The notes beneath the pieces were generated by a model, which ran no database searches, had not been told where the DNA came from, and saw nothing but the letters and a program-made list of their open reading frames with translations. This document shows positions 26,023-39,399 of a stretch of 64,000 bases of DNA, piece by piece. This DNA comes from the human T2T-CHM13v2.0 reference genome, Homo sapiens, in NCBI RefSeq assembly GCF_009914755.1, contig NC_060935.1; one strand, written 5' to 3'. Every line of letters starts with the position of its first letter. Position 1 is the stretch's first letter. The position numbers and the translations under genes were made by a program.

Positions 26023-26939
26023 TATGATTTCTTTCCTTCCTCCTTCTCTCTCTCTCTAGTTTCTTCTCTTCCACTGCACTAATATGACAGAAGAGCTCTT
26101 CCTGACAACACAATCCATTTGGAATCATCAGTTTTCAGACTACTGATCTCCTTTCAGCATCAAAAGAGTTAAGATTCTTTCAGAACCAGACGCCTGAGCC
26201 ACATACTGCTCCCTCTCCTTTATAGAGGCTAAGGCCTTGATCATTTCTTAATGTAACTACTTCAGGAAATTTGTTGCGCTAATAATGTTAATATGCCTTA
26301 TTTCTACACTGCTCACGCCCTGAGCTCTCAATCACTTCAAAACACAGTGATTGAAATTTTTCAAAAGTCTTTGATTTCGAAGTTGTTATGTAGAACACTA
26401 GTCAAGTATAAATATGGCAGAGTGATTTAAGGCGGTTGGAGCAATCCAAATGTTTAAGCTTGTTTCAAATAATTATCAATCTTTCTGCTCTGCATTTTCA
26501 ATACCTCCCTTCATTTCAAGGAGTGGCCCTCAGTGAGGCCTGGAGCATGCTGTTGAGGCTGCTGAGTGCCTCTCTGTTTCCCACACTATGTCACCTTGTC
26601 ATAATCATGTTATTAAACCCTTAATGGCTTGTGCCGCTCCTGGTGTCTGATTCGGGTCACAGAGAGAACTGGTCACCTTGGAATCAAACACTCACTCCAT
26701 GACTGGATTCATCCAAGCATAGTCCTTTTAGGCCACAGCTTTGAGGATGTGCAGCCTAAGGGATAGTGCCTTCTGATAGCCTTATATCAGTCAGTTCAGA
26801 TGCCCACAGGGATGCAGGCTCTGGTGAACATTTACCTTGAAGTCATGAGCTCCAGATGGACCAGATGATGCTTTTATGGCCCGGACATCTCCTGTGCACT
26901 GCTGTTTATCTGCTCAGTCCCACTTCTTATTCTACTCCA

Positions 26940-27410
26940 GCCCCTCCCACCTCTACCAGTTCTGCTTGGATCTTGACCAGATTCTCTCCAGGGTTACCTC
27001 ACAGTGCTTTTTTCACCTGGGTGCACATCATGTACTCCCTCTCCTGCCTTGGGGCTTCTCTGATTGAAGGGGAGAAGTAACCATGGGCCCTGCTTAGCCA
27101 TATGCATGTGCAACTGTAAATGCAGGCAAGTAAATTACCCAAGGGCTACCCTTGACCAAAGGAAGTGATAGATATGTTCTCCCTTCATACTCCTAGTTGA
27201 CAGTTTCAAGACACATTTCATGCAGCTTCTCCAAAGGCCCTGTGAGATGAGCATCAGTTGCTCACAGCAGCAGCCAATTCCCCACAAAATACTTGCACTA
27301 GCCTTCTCTCCTTTGCTATTCTACTCTGTCACCTCTCTTTCAAGTGTCTTCCACTCCTAAATAAAATGCAATTGCATTTGCTTCAGACTGTTTCCAGGGA
27401 AACTCAGGAA
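26940..27410 (+). mobile_element. ERVL LTR (LTR16-like)
   Basis: CAGTTGCTCACAGC..CCTAAATAAA..CAGACTGTTTCCAGGGAAAC resembles an LTR16-type 3' end. Confidence 0.6.
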
Positions 27411-27929
27411 TTGCCTGCATCCAGGAGCAATGGGCTCAGAAACATTCCAGGCCCAGAAACATTGACTTAGAGGACCAGAGCACATGAATTCCTGAGAACA
27501 AAGGGAACAAAGCCAGGGATGCCTTTGTGCAGAAGGACAAGGTGACCCAGTTACCCAAGCACAGACTAACCAGGGGGCAGAGCTATCTCAGCACAAAGTG
27601 TTTGCTTGACACATTATTTTTTCAGTGCCAAAGAACCAGTGGACAGGATTACTTTAGTAAAATTAGTACAGATGACAGTTACAGTACAAAGGACTAGGGG
27701 CCTGGGCACAATAACACCAATGAACACAATTACTTAAGATAGAAGCTTCAGGTATAGACTGCAGTTGCCCCCGTGTAGATGGACCAAGGCCTGGGGTTTG
27801 CTTGGCACAGAGTAACAGAGCCCCACGTGGCTGGGGTGGAGACTGGCCAGCCTTTTCCCTTCTGCCTTCTGCATCCCCACACACAGTGGCACCAACCATT
27901 GCTTCCACTGTTACTTGTGGAGTGCACAT

Positions 27930-28390
27930 GAAGAACAGCATCAGATTCAGGCTCAGAGGATGGGAGTTAAGGCCCCTCTCTGCTCCTTCACTGCTTGTGT
28001 GACTTGGGTGATTCACTAAAACTGTCCAAGAAACACTTTCCTCCTTTATAGATGGGAAATAATAAATATGAGAGGATGGCTATTGAAGTCCTCTGCAAAA
28101 CTGTAAAATATACACTTGAGGTTGATAATACCATTCAGTATGAAATAGCTGTTTTATGGAGGCTAAGAGGAACGTAAATTGATGATTATCGTTATTATTA
28201 AATAATATTTGCTTTTGCATAGCTCTGCTTTACAGTGTTTTCACTTGATCCTGTCCAAAACCTGCCTGGCAACTTGTGTCATTACGCCTCATTCTACAGA
28301 GGAGGAAACTGCCACTCAGAAAGCTCGACTCTTCCAAAACACTCAGGCAATGAGTGGCAGACCTGGGGAACAAAGCAGGACTTCTGGGCC
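27930..28390. mobile_element. Two MIR fragments in opposite orientation
   Basis: + copy: TGTGTGACTTGGG..TTTCCTC. - copy: CATTCTACAGAGGAGGAAACTG. Confidence 0.75.
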
Positions 28391-30019
28391 CACGTCCCTT
28401 GCTGTGTTTCTACCCTGACATGCCAGAAAGGAGAGTTGGGCACCATGGTTCCATGTTTTCCAGCTTTAATTGGAATGATGCCGGGAGATAACTCCGCTTA
28501 AGAACGCTGAGATGATAGTGTTCTGTCTCCCTCTTCCCCGGGGCCATTCCTGGGTAGCACTCACATCACGCTGTCATGTAGAGAAGCTTCTCAGGCCTAT
28601 ATTTAAGTAATAAGACATGACAGGCTGTGTATTTCTGGGACATTATTACATGCCTGGGGTGGTGGTGGGAGGCTGAGGCTAAGGAAATTTCTTTGAGTGT
28701 TGCTTTGGCTATTATAAAATATCATGTATAAATCAAGATGGGGTGAGGGCTAGTCAAAGAGGCAGACAGTCACTTACAGGCGGTGCTGGCATGGCTGTTA
28801 CATCACTGCCAGCCAATCCCACTGCTCCTCTTTCTTGCCAAATCCCCCAAGCGATTTGGTAATATGAGACTTACAAAGCATTCAAGTTCAAAGTCATCCT
28901 CAGGATTCTGAGATTGTCAGGGTTTGTGGAGCTGAAGGGTCAATCATCCCATGGGTGTCCATCTCCATTCAGTGGAGGGTGACCCAAGTGGATCTAGATG
29001 TAGAGGTTCTGTAAGAGACGGCCCTTCAGCAAACCCATACTTGCCATTGGGTAATTGCTGGATTTGCACGTCTCAACGTCTTATGGGTTGTGGTTGTGGT
29101 TTTACACTCTATTTGGGGGATAGGCCTTTACTCTCTGCCAGTCTAAATGACTAGCAGGCATTAAAGATGGCTACCAGGCTGATCAGAAACAGACTTCTAG
29201 GCTGTTTTGCAACTAGATCCCTGAGCTCTGATGTTTCAGCCAAGGTTAGGCAAATCCAGGCCACAAGCCTGGTTTCTGTGGGGCGTTCTCGTGTGCGGTG
29301 ACCAGGCTGTGATTAGGAACAGCAATATTTTCCAGAGATTTTGCCCTCAGGGAACTGACAATCTGGAAGAAGGTATAAAACAAATATACTCAGATAAATC
29401 CAGTATGGGTAATAAAAAAATTACTAAGACCAAGTCATGTTTAGCTATATCCTTAGTGCATGATACAACATTGAAGATAACAGACTCTCAGGCAATGCTT
29501 GTTGAAGGGATGAAAGTGCCATAAGAACCCAAAGTGCTAAAGATGTCCAGCTGCTCTAAGCTTCAATTTTTTAGGCTGAATATAAAGAAAAGTGAGGCTT
29601 TCTTTCCCAGCCTTGCTTGTAGGGTTAGAGTGAGAATTAAAATAAGAGACTTTTATTGTAAGCTTTAAAGCACTACCCAGTTTTAAGTGAATGCAATGTA
29701 GGATGTGATCACACATCTGTCTAGCAGTAAGAGAGACAACTCAAAGAAAGGACTCTGGATAGTTTGGGGGTACATAAACACATCCAGCCTCTTTCTCCTA
29801 TTCCCTCTCTGTCAGTGACTTGGACTAGACCTAGGCTGCAAAGAGGCTTCATCTATTGATCTTTTGGAAATGTCTGCCTCATATACTAAGTTGGGTAGGA
29901 TGGTGAGATTTCACCTGGATCCAGATGGATCCATGATCCAGTGGGGCAGTGCCATGATCAATTAACAATATCTACCATGGACTTTGTTCAAGAAATAGCA
30001 GCATGTGTGCACTTGTTTT

Positions 30020-30672
30020 GCCATTTTTCACCTGGACCCTCATTTTCTCATTCCAGGTAACAGCCTCCTAGTTGGTCTTCATCTTCCATTGTCACACATT
30101 TCAATCCATTCTTACTTCTGCCACTGAAGTGGTCTCCTTCCAAAACATAAATCTGACCATGATATTCCCCTACTGAAATCACTCAGGGATTTTCTCCTTG
30201 TTCCAAGAATGTAGCCGAACTCCTCAGCAAAACCAGTAAAGCCCACAGTAACTTGATCCCTACCCTGCTAAATCATCTCTGGCCTGGAAGCCCAAACCTT
30301 ACCCTCTAACCATACCAGGAAGGCATAGCCAGCTTTCTCCCCAGCACACTCTGAGCAGCTTAACCAGCCTGAGATCTTCTACTCAACCTTACTCTTCAGT
30401 GCATTTATTTTCACCTCTGTGAAATCTTCCGTTATCACCTTCAAGTAGAATTGATCTCTTCTCTTTCATCCCTGTAGCACACTATACAGATATCTGTTGT
30501 AGCATTTATCCTGTGTAAAAGGTATTTATTTGCTTGTTTACCTCCCTCACTAGACTGTGAACTTTGCAATACAGGAGATTATGTCTTGTGTATACATCTT
30601 TGTATTTATTCTAGGTACTGTGCTTGGCATAAATATATGCTCAATAAATATTTGAAGAACAAATAAATGAGA
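30020..30672 (+). mobile_element. L2 (about 650 bp, to the 3' end)
   Basis: CAGCCTCCTAGTTGGTCT..AAATCTGACCATG..CACTAGACTGTGAAC..GCTCAATAAATATTTG. Confidence 0.9.
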
Positions 30673-31611
30673 TGAGGAATGTACTGAACTGGACTGCCAT
30701 ACATAGAGCCCTTTCTATGGGCTCTTTCCTCGTAAGTCACCAGCCTCGGATCTAATTGAATCTAGGGAGGGCACAGACCCAAGACAGCCATTCTGGAAGC
30801 TGGATTGTACCTTGTGAACTGCATAGGAGGAGAACTTTGATAAACAGAGTTCACTAACATGTTAGTCATGAGCAAACAAATATCTGAACTTGAGATATGG
30901 AAAGTCAGTTAATAGCAAAAGATAAAAGACAAAAGGAGAAGGCCAACTTGGTCACCATGAGACGTGAGAAGCTATGAGTAAACAGAAATGAGCAAGACAA
31001 AGATGAAATTTGCATAGAGTGCAAATAGGGTGATTAGATGGCAGCAGCAAGAGGGTAGAAGCAATCAACTCTGGTCTCTGAAGGACAGTCTCTAGAGCCA
31101 TCTTGGATCCCGAACAACTTTCTGGTTTTCACATTTATTGCATTGTTCATTATGCCAAAACAACAGAATGTGTTTCTGCTAAATCTAGAGGGTCTATTCG
31201 GGATGGTCTAATTTAAACTACAAAGTACATTATTCAATCAATGGTGCAGATAGGATTCAAAGGCCAGAGCTCTTTCTGTTCAACAGTTGGACCTCAGAAC
31301 TAACCAACGTTGGTCAAGAATGAAGCCCACTGGCTTTGGCCCAAAGTAAGGCCCACAGCGGCAGCAGCAGGGGTCAAATATTGGTAGAGACAGAACTACT
31401 GCCCAGTCTATAATGCCAGCTTCTCCAAGTGCTGGGCCCAAGCCTTACTCATGCAGAACTCCTCCAATATGCAGACATTGCTTTCTACCTGGAGGTTCTA
31501 CCTCATCACCAAACTGGCCTGGAGAAGAAAAGATTAACCTCAAAAAGTTGAGTAGCTATTCAAATAACTGAAAAGCTGCTGTTTATGAAATGAAGAGCAG
31601 ACATACACTCT

Positions 31612-31782
31612 ATAAGTACTTCTGAAACTTAAATGGGCACACAAATCACCTGCAAATCTTATTGAAATTCAGATTCTAATTGAGGGAAAATGGGATGGGC
31701 TCTGAGATTCCTTATTTCTAACAAGCCTCCAGGTGATGTGATATGCTGGCCTGAGGACCATACTTTGTGCAGCTAGGCTCTA
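31612..31782. mobile_element. MER5A MITE
   Basis: AATCACCTG..CAGATTC..TTTCTAACAAGC..CCAGGTGATG..GGACCATACTTTG. Confidence 0.85.
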
Positions 31783-34700
31783 AGTAGCCCCTGAGGGAAG
31801 AAAGAGAGCCCTTTGGCAGATGCTGAAGTACAGGAGTCCTAGCTAAAGAACTTTCCACCTGCTCAGAGTTGTGTGGAAAAGAATGTGATGGTTCAGTATC
31901 ATGACAGACCAAGCAAAAATTCGGCAACAATTTGGCAATTGCACATTATAGAGGAAATTTTTGCTCTGCATGGCAGATAGACTATCACAGTAAACTTCAA
32001 ACTTTTTCGTTTATGTATGCCCTAAAATATTTTGATAACTATGTACCTACTTGACCATTTCTACGTCAAATGTTTAAAAGTATTTATTTATTAATAAAAG
32101 ATAGAAAATGTTAGTGTATTTAAAATGAAATGAAGATTGACTAATTTAAACAAATGCTGCATTAGCACCAGCAGGTAAGCTCCAGAAGGCAGGGAATTAT
32201 TTTGCCTGTATTGTTCACTGGCATGTACCCAACAGGTAATAGGTACTTGATCAATGTTTGTTGAATGAATGAAGGTACCCCAAAGCTGAAAGCAGACATG
32301 TGAAAATTTTATCCATGAGACTTATCTATAGTATCTCAAAATTTGGTAGCCCCACAAAATATTCCAGTTATATTTAAAAAGTGATTTTCTAAAAAATGTA
32401 TCTTAACCTACACTGCTCAGGCTCTTCTAAATTCAGTGCATCCCAATCTTGGACAAAATACCAATGTTTTAATGTTAAATTTCATATAATACCTAACAGA
32501 ATGATGATCAAGACAAAAAAAGATTTTTAAAAACCTAGAAATGTAAATTGTCTTCCTTAGTTTCTTTTTTTAATAACAACTTTTATTTAAACAGCATTAG
32601 ACATCTCAGGGCTGCCTCCCTGATCAAAATCTGTCTGAACCTCCATCATCTTGTTCCATTTACACATCAGAACATTCTGGGGTCTGGGTTAAGACCTCAA
32701 ATGCCAACTACATCTCTGAAATACCATAGAGTGCCTATTTTCATACTTTCTGGATGCCACATTATGCCCACCAGTGGAATTTCTCCTGGTGTCCACTCTA
32801 CCTACAGTGGACAGACCAATCCCAGCTCTGATAACAACCAGCACTTTTCTTCCAGGATGGGCAGGCCTTTGAGCAGTGGCTGGTATCAACATGAGGCAGT
32901 GTCTCCTGGCCCTTCGAACACAGCAGCTTTTTACTGCCCTCTGACATCTCTCAGGCTCTTAACCTCCCTTTTTTAGGCCATCACTCTTACCTTTGGTAAT
33001 CACACTGGCTTTCTGAACCCTGACCCTTTGGCCAATAGACCTATAGGTGGGATCTGCCCAAGTGGTCTTCTTCCTGCCTCCACCTGGACCCACGTCCAGC
33101 TCCTGTCCTATTTACATTACAGTGCAAACCCACAGCTCCAGAGCTTCCTTCACACTCTCCTCCCCTGTCATCCTAACGGAGACCCCGCCTTTGTCCTCTC
33201 TCTCCCCAGCCTTCCCTAAAGTCAGAGTTCCAGAAAAGCATCAGGAGCTTCCTGGACCCAGCCTGCTCATTGCAGTGTTGTTAGAGGGGAGATCCAGCCA
33301 GCCCATCACTGCCTTTCTTTTCCTCATTTATAGCCCATTTTTCTAGGCAACAGGTCAGACTAAGACCCTGATGGAGTGTTCCTCTAATAGACGGAAATGG
33401 GACTGAGACTGAACCTTGGCCAAACAAAAAATATTTTTGACTGTGCTTTAAAAAATTTTTTTGATACACGCCATAACTCATCAGCCTAAAGGAAAGTGGT
33501 GATATTCCAGTGTCCGATAAGCACATTAGACCAGCCCACAGATCATGGGAACCAAGAGAAAATGGCACTGCAGGGTTACATGAGCCTCAGACGTGTTCCC
33601 GGACAGAACAAGTGTTATTGTGGGATGACACAGACCAGACCTCAAAGCAGATGCTAGTTAGTCCTGTTCTCAGAGGAAAAGCCGACTGGAAATGGAGCTT
33701 TGAGACAGGGTCAAAAGCAGCAATGCTCTTTCTGGCTGGCAGCCCTCATCCCAGCCTTGTCTCCACAGAATCTCACTGGGAAAAAGACAGAACCCAGAAA
33801 CATCTATGTGACTGTCTTTAGATTTAATCATGATTGATATTTGTCCAAGGAAGTGAATGGATCCAGGACGGGTAGAGAGATGTCTGATCAGAAGGCTGAG
33901 TAGGATATTTCCCAAATTTGCTTTCTGGCCCATTAAAATCTCATCAGGATAAATCTTTTGGGAGACCTAAGACAGTCACCCTGGAAGCATTTGGAACAGC
34001 AGATAGCTGGGCAAGAAAGAGGGTGTCAATTTAGATGTCTTCCATTGGATGGGGATAGTGGCAAGAACAAGACAAACAGAATCATCAGAGCTGATAAGAA
34101 CCAAGAGGTCATCAAATTCAGCTTCTTGATTTTGGTGAGAAGGGGAGTGGGGCACAGAGAGAAAGGGGGGCATGCCAAGGTCACACTGCCACAAGGCATG
34201 GAGGAAGGTGAACAAGGACCAGCACTCAGCTCACCTGATGTCCAACCCAGGTGTTTTTCCTTGCACTGAGCCTTGAAGGACAGCCCAGGTATTGGCGAGG
34301 ACGCTGCTTCCCTTTGCTGCTGCTCTGGAGCTGGGGAGAACGGGCCAGGTCCTAAATGCAGCTTTTAGGGAAGTCTCTAGCAGGTTGTCAAGTGCTCCTG
34401 CCAGTGCTGAGCTGGCAAAGGAAGGTGGGGAGAAGTGCTTAGAAATCCTGAGCACTGAAAGGTGGCCTGTAATTGTAAAATTCCATTTCCTTTCAATTAG
34501 CAGCTGATTGCATTTGATGAGCTGCAACATTGTTTCCTCGGTGTAGATTAGGAGTCAGAGCAGTCAATGAGCTGTGAAATTCTCTCCCTGCTGAAACAAT
34601 AGACAGTGATTAAAGCGCAGCTAATCCGATCATTATAGCCAGAGCCCACTGATCATTAGCTGCTAACCAGATCCCAGAGAGCAGCTCCAACCCAGCCCAG

Positions 34701-35059
34701 GCGGACTGGATGCAGCAGGTAAACACTACCAATATGCTGCCTCCCTCCTCCCCATGCCCAAAAGTCCCTGGTGGACCCGAGGGTTGGGGCAAAAAACTGG
34801 ATGCCACAGTGGATACAGGGAATGAGACTGCCAAGGGCAGCTTGATATCAGAGAGGCAGCCAGGACTTCAGAGGCAGAGGTAACAGATTTGGGATCATGT
34901 CCCAGCCCACCCCTCACCTCCACTCCCCAGTTTGTGTTTTAACCCTGCAGCTGGCATCAGTTATTTACCCCAAATCCTTTATAATGCCTTCCTTGTGTGG
35001 CTGTTCTGAGGATTAATACCACAGCCTAGGTAAGATCACTGGCATAATGCTAAAAGTCA

Positions 35060-35312
35060 GTAATAATGCTAACTAACATTTTCAAGTGTTTGCTACGTGC
35101 CCAGCACTGTTCTCAGGGCTTTGTATAGATTAACTTGTCTAATTCTCATAACAGCCCTGATACAGTAGATGCTATTATTATCCCTGTTTTTTCAATGAGG
35201 AACACATAAGTTCAGTAACTTGCACAAGATCACTTAGCCGTAAGAGACAGAGCTGGGATTTAAACTAGGCAAGGCAGCTCAGAGACCCTGCTATAAACCA
35301 CCCCACTTGGCT
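35060..35312 (-). mobile_element. Near full-length MIR
   Basis: GTGCCCAGCACTGTTCT..AATTCTCATAACAGCCCT..GTAACTTGCACAAGATCAC. Confidence 0.9.
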
Positions 35313-35354
35313 GCTTTAAAAAAAAAATGCTAACACTCATTGTCTCCCTTTGCT

Positions 35355-35550
35355 AGCCCTGTAGTTTTCAAACTTTACTGTGCAGAAGAATTAGCCAGAG
35401 AGATTGCTAAAAATGCAGATCACCTGGCCTAAGCCCCAGAGATTTGGATTCAGGAGGTTAAGGAAAGGGCCCAGGAAACTGTGTGTTAATCAGCACCACC
35501 TGCAATGCTGATATGGTGACCCAGGACTTACCTGCGGAAGTGCTCTAGGT
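35355..35550. mobile_element. MER5-type MITE
   Basis: GTAGTTTTCAAACTT..TAAAAATGCAGAT..GGGCCCAGGAA. Confidence 0.8.
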
Positions 35551-36259
35551 TCTGGGGAGCAGCCGTTTATCGTCCAGGACCCACATCCTCCTACCTCACC
35601 CAGGGCTACTGCCCAGCGCCTGATGAGGAAAGCCACAATTGCACTCACAGAGGATGAGAAAGAGGCAAAAAGCAGAGATTCTGGAACCACATGAAGTAGG
35701 ATTTGAAAATCTGTTCCTTTTCTTACAGGAGTGGCCATATAAATTATCCAAAGCAGGACACTTCTGAGAGTAAAAGGGAAATTAATAATTATTCCCAGGC
35801 AATAGACATAAACTGAGACTGTCCCAGGCAAACTGGATGTGGGATCATTGTAGCAGATGCTGATGGTGACCTTAGTTCTCTGGTGCTGAGAGCTGCTTAC
35901 CGCAAGCACCTGTGGAGCATGAGCAGCCTGAGCACAGGACAAGCAGGAAGGGTGGAGGGTTAATGTCCCTGAAGCAGCATCAACCAATGGCAGATAAGGG
36001 ATCTATATATGAACACCGTAGTGTTCTTGCCTCTAGGATGGAATAGTAACTCTTAAGAGTGTTCTGCTCTATCTCCGAGAGTTCCCCAGCAAGACAGAGC
36101 CCCAATTGCTCATCATGGTAAGTAGCTGGATAACTCAATGTTTATCTTCTTTCCATTCTGTATTTCATGTTTCTCATCTTTACTGGTTATTTCATGGAGT
36201 CACCTTGCAAATGAATTGACACCCAGATCCTTTGCTCAGAGTCTTCTTCTGCACTCAGA

Positions 36260-36420
36260 ACAGTCGACTTACCACTTAGGAGCCATGTGACCTTGGGCAA
36301 GTACTTAAATTTCAGCTTTCTTAAGAGTAAAATGGAAATAACAGTAGAGAATGCGTGTAAAGCATGGCATATGGCAAACACTTGATAAATGTCCAGTTCC
36401 AGTATTGTTATTATTGAATT
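36260..36420 (+). mobile_element. MIR
   Basis: ATGTGACCTTGGGCAAGTACTTAA. Confidence 0.85.
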
Positions 36421-37866
36421 GTTATTGCTCTGACTCACGTCGGAAGCATTTTTTCTCTGCTATCTTGCTGTTGCCTCTTCATCTCTCCTCCAGATTGTTG
36501 CAAACCTCTCTCATCCGAGGTGGCTTCCGCACCATGGCCAGGGTGCTGACCCCTTATTTCACTGCTACCATTGGCCTGCTGTATACCAGGCAAGTGCCAG
36601 GCTTTGAGAAATGGTAATATTGTGTTTTTTTTAATTTGTCTTGAAAAACGATTCAGAGTGGCTACTTCTAAAAGAGAACACATAACTTATTTACCAAATA
36701 CAGAAGTCCAACACTTATATTGAAGAGCAATACCACGTAAACAGTCCTGAGCTAATCATCACTTCTCCTTTCAAATACCTTCCTTTGCCTGACACTGAAC
36801 AAAGTCCAAACATAGCATTCAAGGATACGTCATAACCTTTAGCCTCCTGACAGGTAGGCTGACACTGCTTGCGCTCAGAGGCCTGTGCCTACAGGGAAAA
36901 TGCCATGGAAACCCCTTCTGCCTAGGTCCCCCTTCTTCCTGCTTTTCTTTCAAATAAAACAAATGTGAGGTAGATTACCTACTCCTTTTAATTTTTTGCC
37001 AAGCACAGTTGAACAGCTGATTTTAGTCATTTCTACCTATGGTTTCCTCCTTAGAGCTAATTAGTTTCTTTTCAAGTAATTGCAAATAGTACATTTTCCA
37101 GGCCCTTGGAGTAGAGGCTGACAACTAGCTCGCTGGAGTGGGCTCTTATCAATAGCTCACGGAAATTAGACACACAAACATCACACTGGGGCCTCTGAGG
37201 GTTGCTCTAAGTTGTTTAGAAGAAATAGCTCATGAAAGTCCCACGGTTCCTTTATGAATGGACTCGCTGATACAAAATCTCTGGGATGTGGTGGGCAACA
37301 GGATAGTCGGAAGCTTTCCTAAGCATCAAAATGGGCTCAGCTCTATACGAGATCACAATTCACTGTGCTCCAGGTACTGTGCTTGGTGCTGTGAGTGAGT
37401 CAGGAACAAGGGTTGAGGCTAGAGGCAAGGGGGAGAGAAGAGAGAGGGAAGGGCTCTCTCTGCAGGTTTAAAGAAGTGGGCAATGATGTTCACTGGAGGA
37501 GGAGACACGCACAGGATTCGTGGGATTATCATCATTATTATCAATCATTCCCCTGCACCAGAAAGCCAGTCCCAGTATCCTGTCCTCCAAGAACCAACAA
37601 AGAGATCATGCTTATAAGGTTCTTACTTTGGTCTTTAGAACACAATGAATGCTTACTTTCAGGTCCGTGGTTTTCCATGGAATCTGGTTTTATATTTTGA
37701 GAGTGTTTCTTTTCTTGTTCTCTCCCTTCAATTTGAACATTGTTGTTGTTGTTGCTGCTGCTACTGCTGTTGTTTTGAACCTTAGAAGAGAAGAGCTGAG
37801 TCATTCAGACTCCTTGGTTCATGGCATGTTGGTTACCCCATCAGTCCGTGTGACTCCCTCTACCCT

Positions 37867-38445
37867 TGTATGAGTTTCCTGTTGCTTCTGTAACAAGTTG
37901 CCACAAACTGAGTGGCTCAAAGCAACACAAACATATTACTTTACAGTTTTATAGGTGGGAAGTCCAACTCAAATCTCACTGGGATAAGATGAAGGTATTG
38001 GCAGGGTGCACTCCTCTGTGGAGGCTCTAGGAGATGATCTGGGGCAAGGTGAAGGTATTGGCAGGGTGCATTCCTTCTGTGGAGGCTGTAGGAGATGATC
38101 TGTTTCTTTGCCTTTTCCAGATTCTAGAAACTTCCCACTTTCTTTAGCTCATGGCTCCTTCCTCCAACTTTGAAGCCAGCAACTTCGGGCCTAGTCCCTC
38201 TTACACTGTCTTCTCTTAGTCATATCTTCCTTTGACTCCTGTTTCCTTCTTCCATTTTTAAGGACCTTTGTGATTACATTGAACTCATCTGGATAACCCA
38301 GGATATGCTCTCTGTCTGCTGATTAGCAACTTTAATTCCATCTGTAACCTTAATTACCACTCGTCATGTAACCAACCAGCTTCACAGTTTCTGGGAATTC
38401 AGACGTGGACATTTTTGGAGGAGGGATGTTATTCTCCTTACCATA
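37867..38445 (-). mobile_element. MLT1 (C-like) solo LTR with an internal 60-bp tandem duplication
   Basis: Starts TGTATGAGTTTCCT..GTAACAA..CCACAAACT, contains GGAGGCTCTAGG and ends TACCATA. Confidence 0.9.
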
Positions 38446-38459
38446 ATCCCTAATCCTAC

Positions 38460-38930
38460 ACCTATTCCCTGTCCTCATTGACATCTACTCTAACGTGCTT
38501 GACATATGCCCTGAAATATGCACGTTTCCTTGTAAATATGCCATTAGTGTATATGTTTTTAATTGACATATTGGTATTATTCTATGTTTAATCTATGGTG
38601 TTCTCACATGCTTTTCATTCAACACTATGTTTTTAAAGTCTCCCATGCTGTTCTGTACACATGGAGTTTGATGGTTCTAACAACTGCATATTATTTTGTA
38701 ACATCTACTTCATTTTACGTATCCAGTTTTCCACTGATGGACTCTTGTATTGCCTTCACTCTACTCTGAGCTTTATCCTGACAGACTTCCTTGCTCAGGG
38801 TCCCAGTTGGACCCACATAGGAATTTTTCTAAAAACTGAACTAAGGCTAGGATTTCTGGGTAACAGGGTAAAGACTAGGATTGCTGGATCACAGGATATA
38901 TCCCTACTTAGTTTCACTAAGCTCTCTTGA
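38460..38930 (-). mobile_element. Old L1M(E) 3' fragment
   Basis: T-rich; CTTTTCATTCAACACTATGTTTT, CCACTGATGGAC and GGATTGCTGGATCACAGG. Confidence 0.75.
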
Positions 38931-39399
38931 CTGGTTGTACTAGTTATACTTGGACTAGTAGAGTTGTTAAATCTCATTACTGTGATGGTGATGCAGTGTC
39001 TTCTTCTGTCCAACCTCTTGCCTGGGAGCAGAGCTGAAAGCCTTTTCTGGATCTCTCTCCTGTATATTTTTGCTTCCTAGACAAGCTTCAGAGCCACTAA
39101 ATAAACTTTCCTCCAGCTAGCACTTGCATCTCCCTCCACTCCTCTTTTCTATGTGTTAGCACCGTGCTGGGCACAGGCCTCCATCAGAGGAGTCTGTTCT
39201 TTGGCTATGCAGGCTCAGAGTTTTATTTCCATTCCTTCCCCTCCATCCTCGTGCCTCTGGACTCTGGTTTTATTAATTTAACAAGGAGTTCTGGAGCACT
39301 TACTGGCTCAAATACATTACCCCCTTCTCCCCACCCTAGATATTTGGGATATCAAAAGAAAAACTAAGGGGCTTACATTCTGGTGTCCTGTCAACTCAA

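Noticed and set aside
35490-35987. Longest ORF (165 aa)
   Set aside because: It has a non-ATG start, overlaps a MER5 element and has no recognisable protein family. This length can arise by chance in 64 kb across six frames.
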